24,322 bases of DNA from the IMG/VR virus record IMGVR_UViG_3300020045_010975, positions 1 to 24,322 of that record; one strand, 5' to 3'. The position numbers and the translations under genes are program-made. The stretch comes from a virus. Lineage: Duplodnaviria; Caudoviricetes. Below, in pieces: positions 8,841 to 16,752 of this stretch (position 1 is the first letter of the stretch; each line of letters opens with the position of its first letter). Below the pieces are notes generated by a model. The model was given only the letters and a program-made list of their open reading frames with translations. It made no database searches and had not been told where the DNA came from.

Positions 8841-9265
8841 CCTGGACCCCCGACCTAATCGCCCGCGCTCTCGACATGCGAAAGCGGGGGTTCACCTATC
8901 AGGCCATAGCCGATCAATACGGATGCACGGTCAATGAGGCCGTGGGAAAGCTAAAACGGTATCAAGTGGCTAAGCGCGTAACCAGCCCCAGACACAATAT
9001 GCCCGAACGTATCCGCCTGACAGTCGCGCGTCGTTCATGGGAACTCGGATACGACCCGAAAGACATTCTGTCGTCTGCCGTCTATCGCGAGGTCTCCCAC
9101 GCCCGCCACGAAGTCATGAGAACCGTGCGTGACGAAATCACCATGCCAAACGGAAAGCCGCCGTCTTATCCGCTGATCGGGCGATGGTTCGGGCGGGATC
9201 ATACGACGGTGATTCCAGGGGTGAGGAAGGCGAGGGAGCGGTTGCGTGATCACACTCCGGCCTGA
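8837..9265 (+). CDS. DNA-binding protein: GcrA-like N-terminal HTH plus DnaA domain IV-like HTH
   Basis: N-term MTWTPDLIA...RGFTYQAIADQYGCTVNEAVGKLKR; C-term ARHEVM...SYPLIGRWFGRDHTTVI (DnaA signature RDHTTV). Confidence 0.8.
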   Translation: MTWTPDLIARALDMRKRGFTYQAIADQYGCTVNEAVGKLKRYQVAKRVTSPRHNMPERIRLTVARRSWELGYDPKDILSSAVYREVSHARHEVMRTVRDEITMPNGKPPSYPLIGRWFGRDHTTVIPGVRKARERLRDHTPA

Positions 9266-10727
9266 CCAGGAAGCCGACGTTCAGAAAATCCGCGACGCCC
9301 TAACCGAATACCAATCCGTCCTGTTCCGCGCACCGTGTCGTTACGGGAAAACTGTTACGTCGGCATACATGGCGCAGCGATCAGTCGCGCGCGGAAGGCG
9401 CGTCGTGTTCGCCTGTCACCGCGATTCGATCCTGCAATCAGCCGCCGCGACGTTTGCGCGGTTCGGGATCAAATACGGCTATATCGCATCGGGCCGTCCG
9501 TCCAACCCGTTTGCTATGGCCCAGGTCGCATCGGCGGATACGCTGCGGAACCGGCTCCATATGCTGAAAGACGTGGCGTTGCTCATCGTGGACGAAAGCC
9601 ACTTGTGGAATAGCCTGACGCGGAAACGGATTATCGACGCCGCCAAAGAGGCAGGTGCTTTGATCGTAGGACTATCCGCAACGCCGATCCGTCTGGATGG
9701 CAAGCCCCTTCGCGATCTTTTCGATTACATGGTTCTGGGTCCGACAGAGGCCGAACTGATCGATCGCGGGTCACTGGCGCAGTATCGTGTTTATGCGCCC
9801 GTCTCGACTGACACGACCGGCGTGAAAATGTCAGGCAAGGACTTCGCCGCGTCGGATTTGGCGGAACGGTTCGATAAGCCTGCGATCATCGGGGATGCGG
9901 TCGAGACCTGGAAGAAATACGCGGCGGGTCTCAGGACGGTCGTTTACTGTATCAACCGCGCTCACGGAAAGCACGTTCTGGAGGGCTATCTCGCTGCTGG
10001 TGTGAAGGCCGCGTATATCGACGGCGAGACATCGAAGGCGGAACAGCTACGGATTGCGAACGGGGTTGCTGACGGGCTTTACGATGTCCTGATTTCAGTC
10101 GAGTTGCTGACGACCGGCTTCGACTTGGGATCGCTAATCGGGCGCGACGTGACGATCCAGTGCGTCCAGTTGCTAAGGCATACGACATCGCTGCAACTCG
10201 CCATCCAAATGATGATGCGGTGCATGACGCCTTGGGATGGTGTGTCGGTGATTTTGGATCATGTGAATATGATTCTGAACCGCGACGGCACCGTGAATCA
10301 CGGATTCCCTGACGACCCTAGAGACTGGTCGCTGGATGGCCCTCCGGCGCGCCGACAAGAGGGCGTTTCGGCGTTTAACGTCTGGACCTGTGAGACGTGC
10401 TTCGCCAGCGTGCGCGAGACTAAGCCGGTCTGTCCATATTGCACGACGGAACACACGGTTAAGGCGCGAGAGATTACGGTTGAAGCTGGCGAACTGTTGG
10501 AGATTAAGCGGCAACAGGCGGTCGAAAAAAAAGACCGCCGCGTCGAAGTCGGACGCGCTAACGACCTGGACAAACTCGCGGACATCGCCATAGACCGGAA
10601 ATACAAAACCGGATGGCTGATCAGTCAGGCGAAAATCAAGGGTATCAATCCGCGTTTGCCGTGGAAAGATGCGTGTGCGGCTATGATGTCGGCTCAGGCT
10701 AGGGCGCGCGTCAGTGTGGAGGCTTGA
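9246..10727 (+). CDS. Superfamily 2 (DExH) DNA helicase with zinc ribbon (RadD/SSL2-like)
   Basis: LRPDQ, Walker A APCRYGKT, IVDESH, GLSATP, LTTGFD and CETC...CPYC. Confidence 0.9.
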   Translation: MITLRPDQEADVQKIRDALTEYQSVLFRAPCRYGKTVTSAYMAQRSVARGRRVVFACHRDSILQSAAATFARFGIKYGYIASGRPSNPFAMAQVASADTLRNRLHMLKDVALLIVDESHLWNSLTRKRIIDAAKEAGALIVGLSATPIRLDGKPLRDLFDYMVLGPTEAELIDRGSLAQYRVYAPVSTDTTGVKMSGKDFAASDLAERFDKPAIIGDAVETWKKYAAGLRTVVYCINRAHGKHVLEGYLAAGVKAAYIDGETSKAEQLRIANGVADGLYDVLISVELLTTGFDLGSLIGRDVTIQCVQLLRHTTSLQLAIQMMMRCMTPWDGVSVILDHVNMILNRDGTVNHGFPDDPRDWSLDGPPARRQEGVSAFNVWTCETCFASVRETKPVCPYCTTEHTVKAREITVEAGELLEIKRQQAVEKKDRRVEVGRANDLDKLADIAIDRKYKTGWLISQAKIKGINPRLPWKDACAAMMSAQARARVSVEA

Positions 10728-10829
10728 AACCGTCCCCGATCGCGGCTTCGGTCGGGCCTGGTATTTCACCGCCGACCGCTTTTCCGCGTCGCTCACGACT
10801 TACGACGGCAACTGGACGATCAGCATAAC

Positions 10830-11204
10830 ATGGGCCTGACATTGCTAGTCACCGGCGGCCGAACATTCTGCGAGGCGATCGACGGGAAATCGCGAGACGA
10901 ATACATGGCCGAACGGATGGCGTTGGGGTTTGCGCTGGATATGATAAACCCGACGCGCGTGATCCACGGCGGCGCAAAGGGCGCTGATCGATGGTCGGGA
11001 ATCTGGGCGGATAAGCGCGGGGTCGAATGTCACGTTGAGCCAGCGACGGGTCCGTGGCCGCAAGCTGGTCCGCTGAGAAATCAGAGGATGGTCGATATGA
11101 AGCCGGATGCGGCGGTTAGGTTCCCCGGAAATAAAGGGACGCAGGATTGCGCGCATCGGTGTAGAGTGGCGGGGATTGAGGTTTATGAGGTAGTAGTGAG
11201 ATGA
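10830..11204 (+). CDS. SLOG-superfamily protein (DUF2493/YspA-like)
   Basis: LLVTGGR, VIHGGAKGAD, AGPLRNQRM and FPGNKGT motifs. Confidence 0.85.
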   Translation: MGLTLLVTGGRTFCEAIDGKSRDEYMAERMALGFALDMINPTRVIHGGAKGADRWSGIWADKRGVECHVEPATGPWPQAGPLRNQRMVDMKPDAAVRFPGNKGTQDCAHRCRVAGIEVYEVVVR

Positions 11205-11377
11205 CCGACGTTAAGCATGATATTCGCGTTGAGCCGCAACCGATGGCCGATCAGATGATGGCGAAATGTTCATGCGGATGGCAGTCGCCTGTTAGTGTCT
11301 GGGATTTCGCCCAACCAGGCATCGAGGCGCATAGGCGAGCAAATCAGCACGTCCTTAAAAACCTCGTCCGGCCATGA
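11201..11377 (+). CDS. Small putative metal-binding protein (58 aa)
   Basis: Not in the track. MTDVKHDIRVEPQPMADQMMAKCSCGWQSPVSVWDFAQPGIEAHRRANQHVLKNLVRP; ATGA overlaps at both ends; H...CSCGW...H. Confidence 0.7.
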   Translation: MTDVKHDIRVEPQPMADQMMAKCSCGWQSPVSVWDFAQPGIEAHRRANQHVLKNLVRP

Positions 11378-11760
11378 CACCCGGCACAGCTTTAACCAAC
11401 GCCTGCCGCGCCGCCGTCTCGAAACTAGGGGCGCGGCTTTTTCCTATGACAGTTGGCGTATTCCTTACCGGGCGAATTATATCGAAACTACCGAACGGGG
11501 ACAGTATCGTTCGCGGCGCTCGCACGGTTAACGTCGGAACAAAGGGCATGGGGGATCTGGTTGGCTTTTCCCTAGTCACCGTCACACCGGACATGGTCGG
11601 TCGGACGATCGCTGTGTATTCAGTCGTGGAGGTAAAGGCCGGCAAGGATCGGCTTCGGCCTGAACAGACGGCGTTTATCGATGCCGTGAATAAAAACGGG
11701 GGCCGCGCTGGTGTGGCGCGGACCCCGGAAGATGCGGTTAGGATTGTTACGGGCGGTTAG
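11374..11760 (+). CDS. VRR-NUC family PD-(D/E)XK nuclease
   Basis: GMGDLVG...VEVKAGKDRLRPEQ..F...V...GG.AGVARTPEDA. Confidence 0.87.
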   Translation: MTPGTALTNACRAAVSKLGARLFPMTVGVFLTGRIISKLPNGDSIVRGARTVNVGTKGMGDLVGFSLVTVTPDMVGRTIAVYSVVEVKAGKDRLRPEQTAFIDAVNKNGGRAGVARTPEDAVRIVTGG

Positions 11761-11763
11761 TTA

Positions 11764-11781
11764 TGTTATTGAAAAATAACA
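11764..11781. terminator. AT-rich hairpin between convergent genes
   Basis: TGTTATT-GAAA-AATAACA in a 26-bp spacer. The stem is weak. Confidence 0.35.
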
Positions 11782-11786
11782 ACTAA

Positions 11787-12269
11787 TCAGAAAGGTATAT
11801 CGTCGTTCAGGTCATACGATTCGCGCGGACCAGACGGCTTATTCGCACCGCCAGTCGAAAAGCCGGACGAATAATCATCGCCGCTGGACGAACTCCCCGA
11901 CGACCGTTCGCCGTCCTGTTTCGAGCCGAGCATAGTCAGAACGCCGTTGAACTTCCCGACCTTAACCTCAGTCGAGTATTTCTCAACGCCGTCCTTGTCG
12001 GTCCATTTCCGGGTTTCAAGCTGGCCCTCGATATAGACGGTCGAGCCCTTTTTCAGATAGCTCTCCGCAACCTTCACGATATTGTCGTTGAAGATCGACA
12101 CCCGATGCCACTCCGTCTTTTCCTTTCGTTCGCCGCTGGACTTGTCTTTCCAGGTTTCGGACGTGGCGACAGATAGATTTGCGACGCGATCTCCGTTCGA
12201 GAACGTCTTGATTTCGGGGTCGCGGCCAAGGTTGCCGATGAGGATGACTTTGTTGACTGATCCGGCCAT
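11787..12269 (-). CDS. ssb: Single-stranded DNA-binding protein
   Basis: [36 protein letters not shown]; tail [15 protein letters not shown] resembles Caulobacterales SSBs. Confidence 0.97.
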   Translation of the reverse strand: MAGSVNKVILIGNLGRDPEIKTFSNGDRVANLSVATSETWKDKSSGERKEKTEWHRVSIFNDNIVKVAESYLKKGSTVYIEGQLETRKWTDKDGVEKYSTEVKVGKFNGVLTMLGSKQDGERSSGSSSSGDDYSSGFSTGGANKPSGPRESYDLNDDIPF

Positions 12270-12272
12270 GTG

Positions 12273-12533
12273 TTAGGCGTCCTGTTTTTCCGAGCGACGA
12301 AGCCGCGCCCTGCCTGATTTGGTTGCACGATACATGCGGTTGTCAAAGCGATCTTTGTTCGGCTCGACAAATCGCATGGATGCCTGTTGAATGGATTCGG
12401 GAATGCGGAGTTTTGACCCGTGACCCTTAAGGATGAAAAAGCCCGGCTCATCGATCACGCTCGCGAAGTGATGCGGCTCGTTTTCAATCCACCTTAGAAC
12501 GTCTTCAACTGTTTTCGCTGTTGTCTGCGCCAT
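12273..12533 (-). CDS. Hypothetical phage protein
   Basis: GGAGAGG RBS; ends 3 nt before the ssb start. Confidence 0.7.
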   Translation of the reverse strand: MAQTTAKTVEDVLRWIENEPHHFASVIDEPGFFILKGHGSKLRIPESIQQASMRFVEPNKDRFDNRMYRATKSGRARLRRSEKQDA

Positions 12534-12535
12534 GA

Positions 12536-12595
12536 CCTCTCCATCGGTTCAACTTGTGTTGACAGTCATACGCTTTTCAGCGCATCAATCAACCC
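12536..12595. promoter_or_regulatory. Overlapping divergent promoters (ssb operon and primase operon)
   Basis: Rightward perfect TTGACA at 12559-12564; leftward TTGATT (12592-12587)-N16-TATGAC (12570-12565). Confidence 0.5.
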
Positions 12596-12796
12596 ATGCC
12601 TTCCAAAGAAATTTACGGACTGCGCGCCGCCGCAGATATAGCCAAGGTGTCGCCCGAGGCGATGCGAGAATGGTGCGAGCGATACCCCATCGCCAGACGC
12701 GAGGGGCGAAAGTGGGTCATTAATAGACGCGCTTTAATGCGTGTCGTCAACGCTTATCGCATGGTCGGCGCACGTCGTCAGGCGGCCAGCAAGTGA
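12596..12796 (+). CDS. Small winged-HTH/excisionase-like DNA-binding protein
   Basis: LRAAADIAKVSPEAMREWC...IARREGRKWVI; GTGA overlap with the primase-helicase. Confidence 0.7.
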   Translation: MPSKEIYGLRAAADIAKVSPEAMREWCERYPIARREGRKWVINRRALMRVVNAYRMVGARRQAASK

Positions 12797-14820
12797 ACGG
12801 CCACCACCTAGACCCGTCCACGCTCGCCCGCATCCTTGGCGGCGACCATTCGGGCAACAACATAACCGCACCGGGGCCGAACAATATCGACCGCCGCAAC
12901 GATCGCAGCATGTCCGTGACGATCGACCCAAGCGCACCTGACGGGTTCGTGGTTCACTCTCACTCGGCAAAAAACACCGACATCGAGTGCAAGGATTACG
13001 TTCGGCGTCTGGCCGGATTGCCCGGATATACACCGCCGAAGCCCGATGCGCCGAAGCCGCGCGCAACGGTCGTCTGTCATTACGAGTATCAGGACGCGGA
13101 CGGGAACCCGTATCTGCGCGTCACTCGCAAGTCAGACAAAACATTCAGTCAGTCGCATATGGATTTCGACGGCTGGGCTAACGGCAAACCATCCGGCCCC
13201 GTCATCCCCTACCGCCTCCCCGAAATCCTCGCCAATGCCGATCAGATCATCCATCTGGTCGAGGGGGAGAAATCCGCTGACTATCTCGCCTCGCGCGGAC
13301 TTCTGGCGACGACCGCCCCTGGCGGCGGGTCAGCCTTTCCGAAAACCGATGATTTCGCCGCCTGGTTCGACGGTCAGCGCGTGCGGGCATATCCCGATAA
13401 CGACGCCACGGGCCGCAAGTGGGCCGAACGTGTCGCCGAACGCCTGCCGCACGCTGAAATCATCTGGCTTCCGGATCAGCCTGAGAAGGCTGGTGCTGAC
13501 GATTGGCTCGCAACACGAACGGTTGACGACCTGATCAACGCAACGTCGGCCCCCGTAACCGACTACGTTCACGAATCGGAGACCCAAGCCGAAAATCCGC
13601 CAGCCGAGCCGCGCGTCGTTCCTACTGCCTACTCATGGACCGACCCCGCGACGATACCCCGCCGCGACTGGCTCTATGGTCGCCACCTGATCCGGCGCTA
13701 CGTCTCGACCACGATCAGTCCAGGCGGTCTAGGCAAATCCTCAATGGTTCTGGTCGAGGCTCTCGCGATGGTCAGCGGTCGCCAGCTTATTGGCGAGGGC
13801 ATCCACCAGAAAGACCCCCTTCGCGTCTGGTATTGGAACGGAGAAGATCCGAACGACGAATCGACCCGACGCATTCAAGCCGCCGCCATCCAACACGACC
13901 TCACCCCATCGGACCTTGGAGACCGCCTGTTTGTCGACTCCGGGCGTGAGATGCGTATCCGCCTCGCCCAAATGGCTCGCGGGTCCGTCGAACTGGACGA
14001 GGCCCTTTTCGAGGAAATCGAGGCCGGTCTGATAGCGCGCAAAATCGACGTCTGGCAACTCGACCCGTTCATCTCAACGCACCAGGTTAGCGAGAACGAT
14101 AACGGAGCGATCGACGCCATCGTGAAGCGCCTCGGCATCGTCGCCGAACGCGCCAAGGTCGCTATCGAACTCGTGCACCACGTCCGCAAGCCCGGCGGCG
14201 GCAATACGGCCCAGACCGACGTTAACGACGCACGCGGCGCATCCGCCCTTATCGGCGGCGTCCGTTCTGCTCGCGTCCTGAACGTCATGGGCGAGGACAT
14301 CGCAGACCTGGCCGGCATCGACCATTCCGAGCGCTACTCATATTTCAGCGTCACGAACGGGAAATCGAACCTCGCCCCACGTTCCGACAAGGGACAGTGG
14401 CGGCGGATCGTATCGGTCGAACTCGGAAACGACGGCCCTACCATCGGCAGTGGAGATCACGTCGGCGTCGTCACGGAATACAAAATGCCTGACCAGATGT
14501 CCGCCATACCTCCGAACGCCGTCGATATCGCTCAGGACATCGCCCTACGCCATCCAGAGGCCCGATACGACAAGCGGTCAGGCGATTGGTTCGGCCACCT
14601 TGTCGGGCCTGCCCTAGGCGTATCCAGTATGGACAAGGGTGGCGCATCCACACTCGCCAAAATCATCGACAAGTGGATCATGTCCGGTGTCCTGATCAAG
14701 CGTATGGCTCAGGACCAGAACCGGAAAATGCGGGAATTCATCACCGCTCCAGACGAATTCAGACCGTCGCAAGCGAACTCCGATATTGGGGCCGAAATCC
14801 TAGATACGGACCCGTTCTGA
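12793..14820 (+). CDS. Primase-helicase (TOPRIM primase plus AAA_25/RepA-like helicase)
   Basis: TOPRIM LVEGEKSAD and YPDNDATG; Walker A SPGGLGKS, NGED, QLDP, LVHHVRK and ARGASAL. Confidence 0.9.
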   Translation: MNGHHLDPSTLARILGGDHSGNNITAPGPNNIDRRNDRSMSVTIDPSAPDGFVVHSHSAKNTDIECKDYVRRLAGLPGYTPPKPDAPKPRATVVCHYEYQDADGNPYLRVTRKSDKTFSQSHMDFDGWANGKPSGPVIPYRLPEILANADQIIHLVEGEKSADYLASRGLLATTAPGGGSAFPKTDDFAAWFDGQRVRAYPDNDATGRKWAERVAERLPHAEIIWLPDQPEKAGADDWLATRTVDDLINATSAPVTDYVHESETQAENPPAEPRVVPTAYSWTDPATIPRRDWLYGRHLIRRYVSTTISPGGLGKSSMVLVEALAMVSGRQLIGEGIHQKDPLRVWYWNGEDPNDESTRRIQAAAIQHDLTPSDLGDRLFVDSGREMRIRLAQMARGSVELDEALFEEIEAGLIARKIDVWQLDPFISTHQVSENDNGAIDAIVKRLGIVAERAKVAIELVHHVRKPGGGNTAQTDVNDARGASALIGGVRSARVLNVMGEDIADLAGIDHSERYSYFSVTNGKSNLAPRSDKGQWRRIVSVELGNDGPTIGSGDHVGVVTEYKMPDQMSAIPPNAVDIAQDIALRHPEARYDKRSGDWFGHLVGPALGVSSMDKGGASTLAKIIDKWIMSGVLIKRMAQDQNRKMREFITAPDEFRPSQANSDIGAEILDTDPF

Positions 14821-14824
14821 TGGC

Positions 14825-14992
14825 TGCGCCAGTTTCTTTTTTAACTGTCGCAAGACTGGCGCAGACTGTCGCAAAACACCTTGCCGGTTTTTTCACTTGC
14901 GCCAGTGCGCCAGTTGGGTTAGCCTCAAAGGCTATTCCCAAACAGGCGCTAACTGGCGCAAGGTTCAAAAGCCCTAACTGGCAACTGGCGCA
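14825..14992. repeat. Array of ACTG(G/T)CGCA 9-mers in both orientations; candidate replication origin
   Basis: Forward copies at 14844, 14855, 14865, 14952 and 14984; reverse copies at 14825, 14898 and 14906; T/A tracts between them. Confidence 0.8.
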
Positions 14993-15253
14993 ATGACCAA
15001 GATAGCCCAACCTAAAATCAGCCTTCCTGGCGGGGTGCCTGTAGGGTTTCAAATCGGGTTCAACAGCCAGATTTATACGTGCACAGGCGAGCATGAACAC
15101 GTCACATTGGACGGTCGGACGATAACGCTTATCGACTGGTGCGCCGATTGTGCCATGTGTAGAAAACCGGGAACGATGACAAGCAAGGCGGACGATGTTA
15201 AACCGTCCCGTAACTGCGCCGACTGCCGCGCTAAAAACCGGACCCGTAAATAA
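14993..15253 (+). CDS. Small zinc-finger protein
   Basis: CAMC...CADC pairs with a basic tail. Confidence 0.6.
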   Translation: MTKIAQPKISLPGGVPVGFQIGFNSQIYTCTGEHEHVTLDGRTITLIDWCADCAMCRKPGTMTSKADDVKPSRNCADCRAKNRTRK

Positions 15254-15255
15254 CC

Positions 15256-15360
15256 ATGGCTGTATTTTTCTCCCTGCTAATCCTCGGATCGATTTCGGCG
15301 TTTGTGCTGTCCAGCCTCGCCGTGTCGATCGCGGAACTGATGAGGACGTTTCGGAAGTGA
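15256..15360 (+). CDS. Small single-TM protein (34 aa)
   Basis: Not in the track. MAVFFSLLILGSISAFVLSSLAVSIAELMRTFRK; fills the gap and has a GTGA overlap with the next gene. Confidence 0.5.
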   Translation: MAVFFSLLILGSISAFVLSSLAVSIAELMRTFRK

Positions 15361-15953
15361 GTGACGCGCCTGTCGTTCTATCAATCAGCGACGGGAAAAA
15401 AGTCGTCGGTAACGTCATCTATGGGCTGTGCGATTTAGACGGAAAGATTTTCTACGTCGGGAAAACGGTCTCTCTCAAAAAGAGGCTTCAATCTCACTCC
15501 GAGGCCAGAACCGACAACGCCAGAATGAAAGAGCGGATCAAGGGTCGCAAAGATTGGGCCGTGATAATTCTCAGGCTTAACCCAGAGGACCTTGCCGCTG
15601 CTGAACTAGAAGAAATACGAGCGCATGAACCAAACGGGCTTCTGAATATTATCCTGTCAGATTCTGGCGTTTGGGATATGTATAAGGATTCCCCTAAGCC
15701 GTGGGTGGCTAAGTCCGGGAAGCGATCGCCATATTCTACGTGCATGAACCACGTTAGTCCGGAAACCAGAAAGGCGCTGAGAAAGCGACTTAAGGAGATG
15801 ACCGAGGCTGAACGATGCTGCGCTGAACTGGACTTCTATGTGAAGTTTCAAGGCAACCCGAGAAATCCATTTCTTCCGTGGTTCAACGATACGATAGTCG
15901 ATATGGTTAAGTGCATGAGATCGGCCGGAGTTGAGGTGACCATCAATGTCTGA
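15357..15953 (+). CDS. GIY-YIG nuclease family protein
   Basis: VIYGLCD...IFYVGKTVSLKKRLQSH...ELEEI...LLN. Start moved to the GTG at 15357, which follows GAGGA. Confidence 0.8.
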   Translation: MSDAPVVLSISDGKKVVGNVIYGLCDLDGKIFYVGKTVSLKKRLQSHSEARTDNARMKERIKGRKDWAVIILRLNPEDLAAAELEEIRAHEPNGLLNIILSDSGVWDMYKDSPKPWVAKSGKRSPYSTCMNHVSPETRKALRKRLKEMTEAERCCAELDFYVKFQGNPRNPFLPWFNDTIVDMVKCMRSAGVEVTINV

Positions 15954-16401
15954 GCCAGTAGGACGACCTACCACATACAGCGACGAAATCGTTTCGGCGA
16001 TTTGCGTTCGCGTGGCGTGCGACGAATCTCTCGTGAAGATTTGCGATGAGGATGGGATGCCGTCTCTGACGACGGTGTATCGTTGGCTGCAAGAGAACGA
16101 CGAGTTTCGGGCAAACTATGTGCGCGCGCGCAACGACCAGGCCGAGACCGTGGCAGACAAAGCCAAGGCAATCCGCGACAAGCTGGAAAGCGGCGAGATC
16201 GATCACCAGACCGCGAACGCGATGCTGAACTTCATCAAGTGGGAAACGGGCAAGCGGAATCCGAAGGTTTACGGCGACAAAACAACCCTAGTCGGCGGCG
16301 ACCCTGCTGCCGGCGACAAACCGATTCAGACGCTGGATCTGACGACTGCGACGCCCGAGCAGCTCGCCACGCTCGCCGGGCTGAAACTCACGGGCGAATA
16401 A
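15946..16401 (+). CDS. terS: Terminase small subunit (Sf6 gp1-like)
   Basis: GRPTTYSDEI...IC..V...ESLVKIC....MPSLTTVYRWL...EF...Y.RAR and KW...K.NPKVYGDK. Confidence 0.9.
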   Translation: MSEPVGRPTTYSDEIVSAICVRVACDESLVKICDEDGMPSLTTVYRWLQENDEFRANYVRARNDQAETVADKAKAIRDKLESGEIDHQTANAMLNFIKWETGKRNPKVYGDKTTLVGGDPAAGDKPIQTLDLTTATPEQLATLAGLKLTGE

Positions 16402-16405
16402 CCTC

Positions 16406-16558
16406 GTGCGTTACGAGTTGTTAGCCCGCAATGAAATCATGAAGCGCGGCGACGAAAGACTGTGTGATGATTGCGAAACGTGGGAACCGATAACCGGAAT
16501 ATGGTTGGGGATGAAATATACACCCGCTGTCATGGTTCCGGTCAGGCGTCCGCTATGA
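16406..16558 (+). CDS. Small hypothetical protein (50 aa)
   Basis: Not in the track. MRYELLARNEIMKRGDERLCDDCETWEPITGIWLGMKYTPAVMVPVRRPL; starts 4 nt after terS and has an ATGA overlap with the next gene. Confidence 0.55.
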   Translation: MRYELLARNEIMKRGDERLCDDCETWEPITGIWLGMKYTPAVMVPVRRPL

Positions 16559-16728
16559 TCCGCCCCACAACCGCCCACGCCCTCGCCAACACCATCCCCG
16601 GCGATCCCGTGCGCCTGTCCGCCGGCGACTGTCCGAAGTGTGGACCGGATGGGCCGATACGGTCGTTCGGCTATACCAGGCAGTGCGGCGGGTGTGGGTG
16701 GGTTATTTCGCCGCCTCGTGACGAATAA
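16555..16728 (+). CDS. Small zinc-ribbon protein
   Basis: CPKCG...QCGGCGW; start at the ATGA overlap at 16555. Confidence 0.6.
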   Translation: MIRPTTAHALANTIPGDPVRLSAGDCPKCGPDGPIRSFGYTRQCGGCGWVISPPRDE

Positions 16729-16752
16729 CCGCCCGTCGTCTATACGCGCTGA

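Noticed and set aside
8076-11760. Restriction-modification system (MTase, helicase, nuclease)
   Set aside because: The helicase and VRR-NUC are typical phage replication/recombination genes, and there is no specificity or restriction subunit. The MTase looks orphan.
14825-14992. CRISPR array
   Set aside because: The repeats are 9 bp, in mixed orientation, without regular spacers, and there are no cas genes.
15195-15356. Long N-terminal extension of the GIY-YIG ORF
   Set aside because: It overlaps two better-tiled small genes, and the GTG at 15357 has an RBS and a coupled start.
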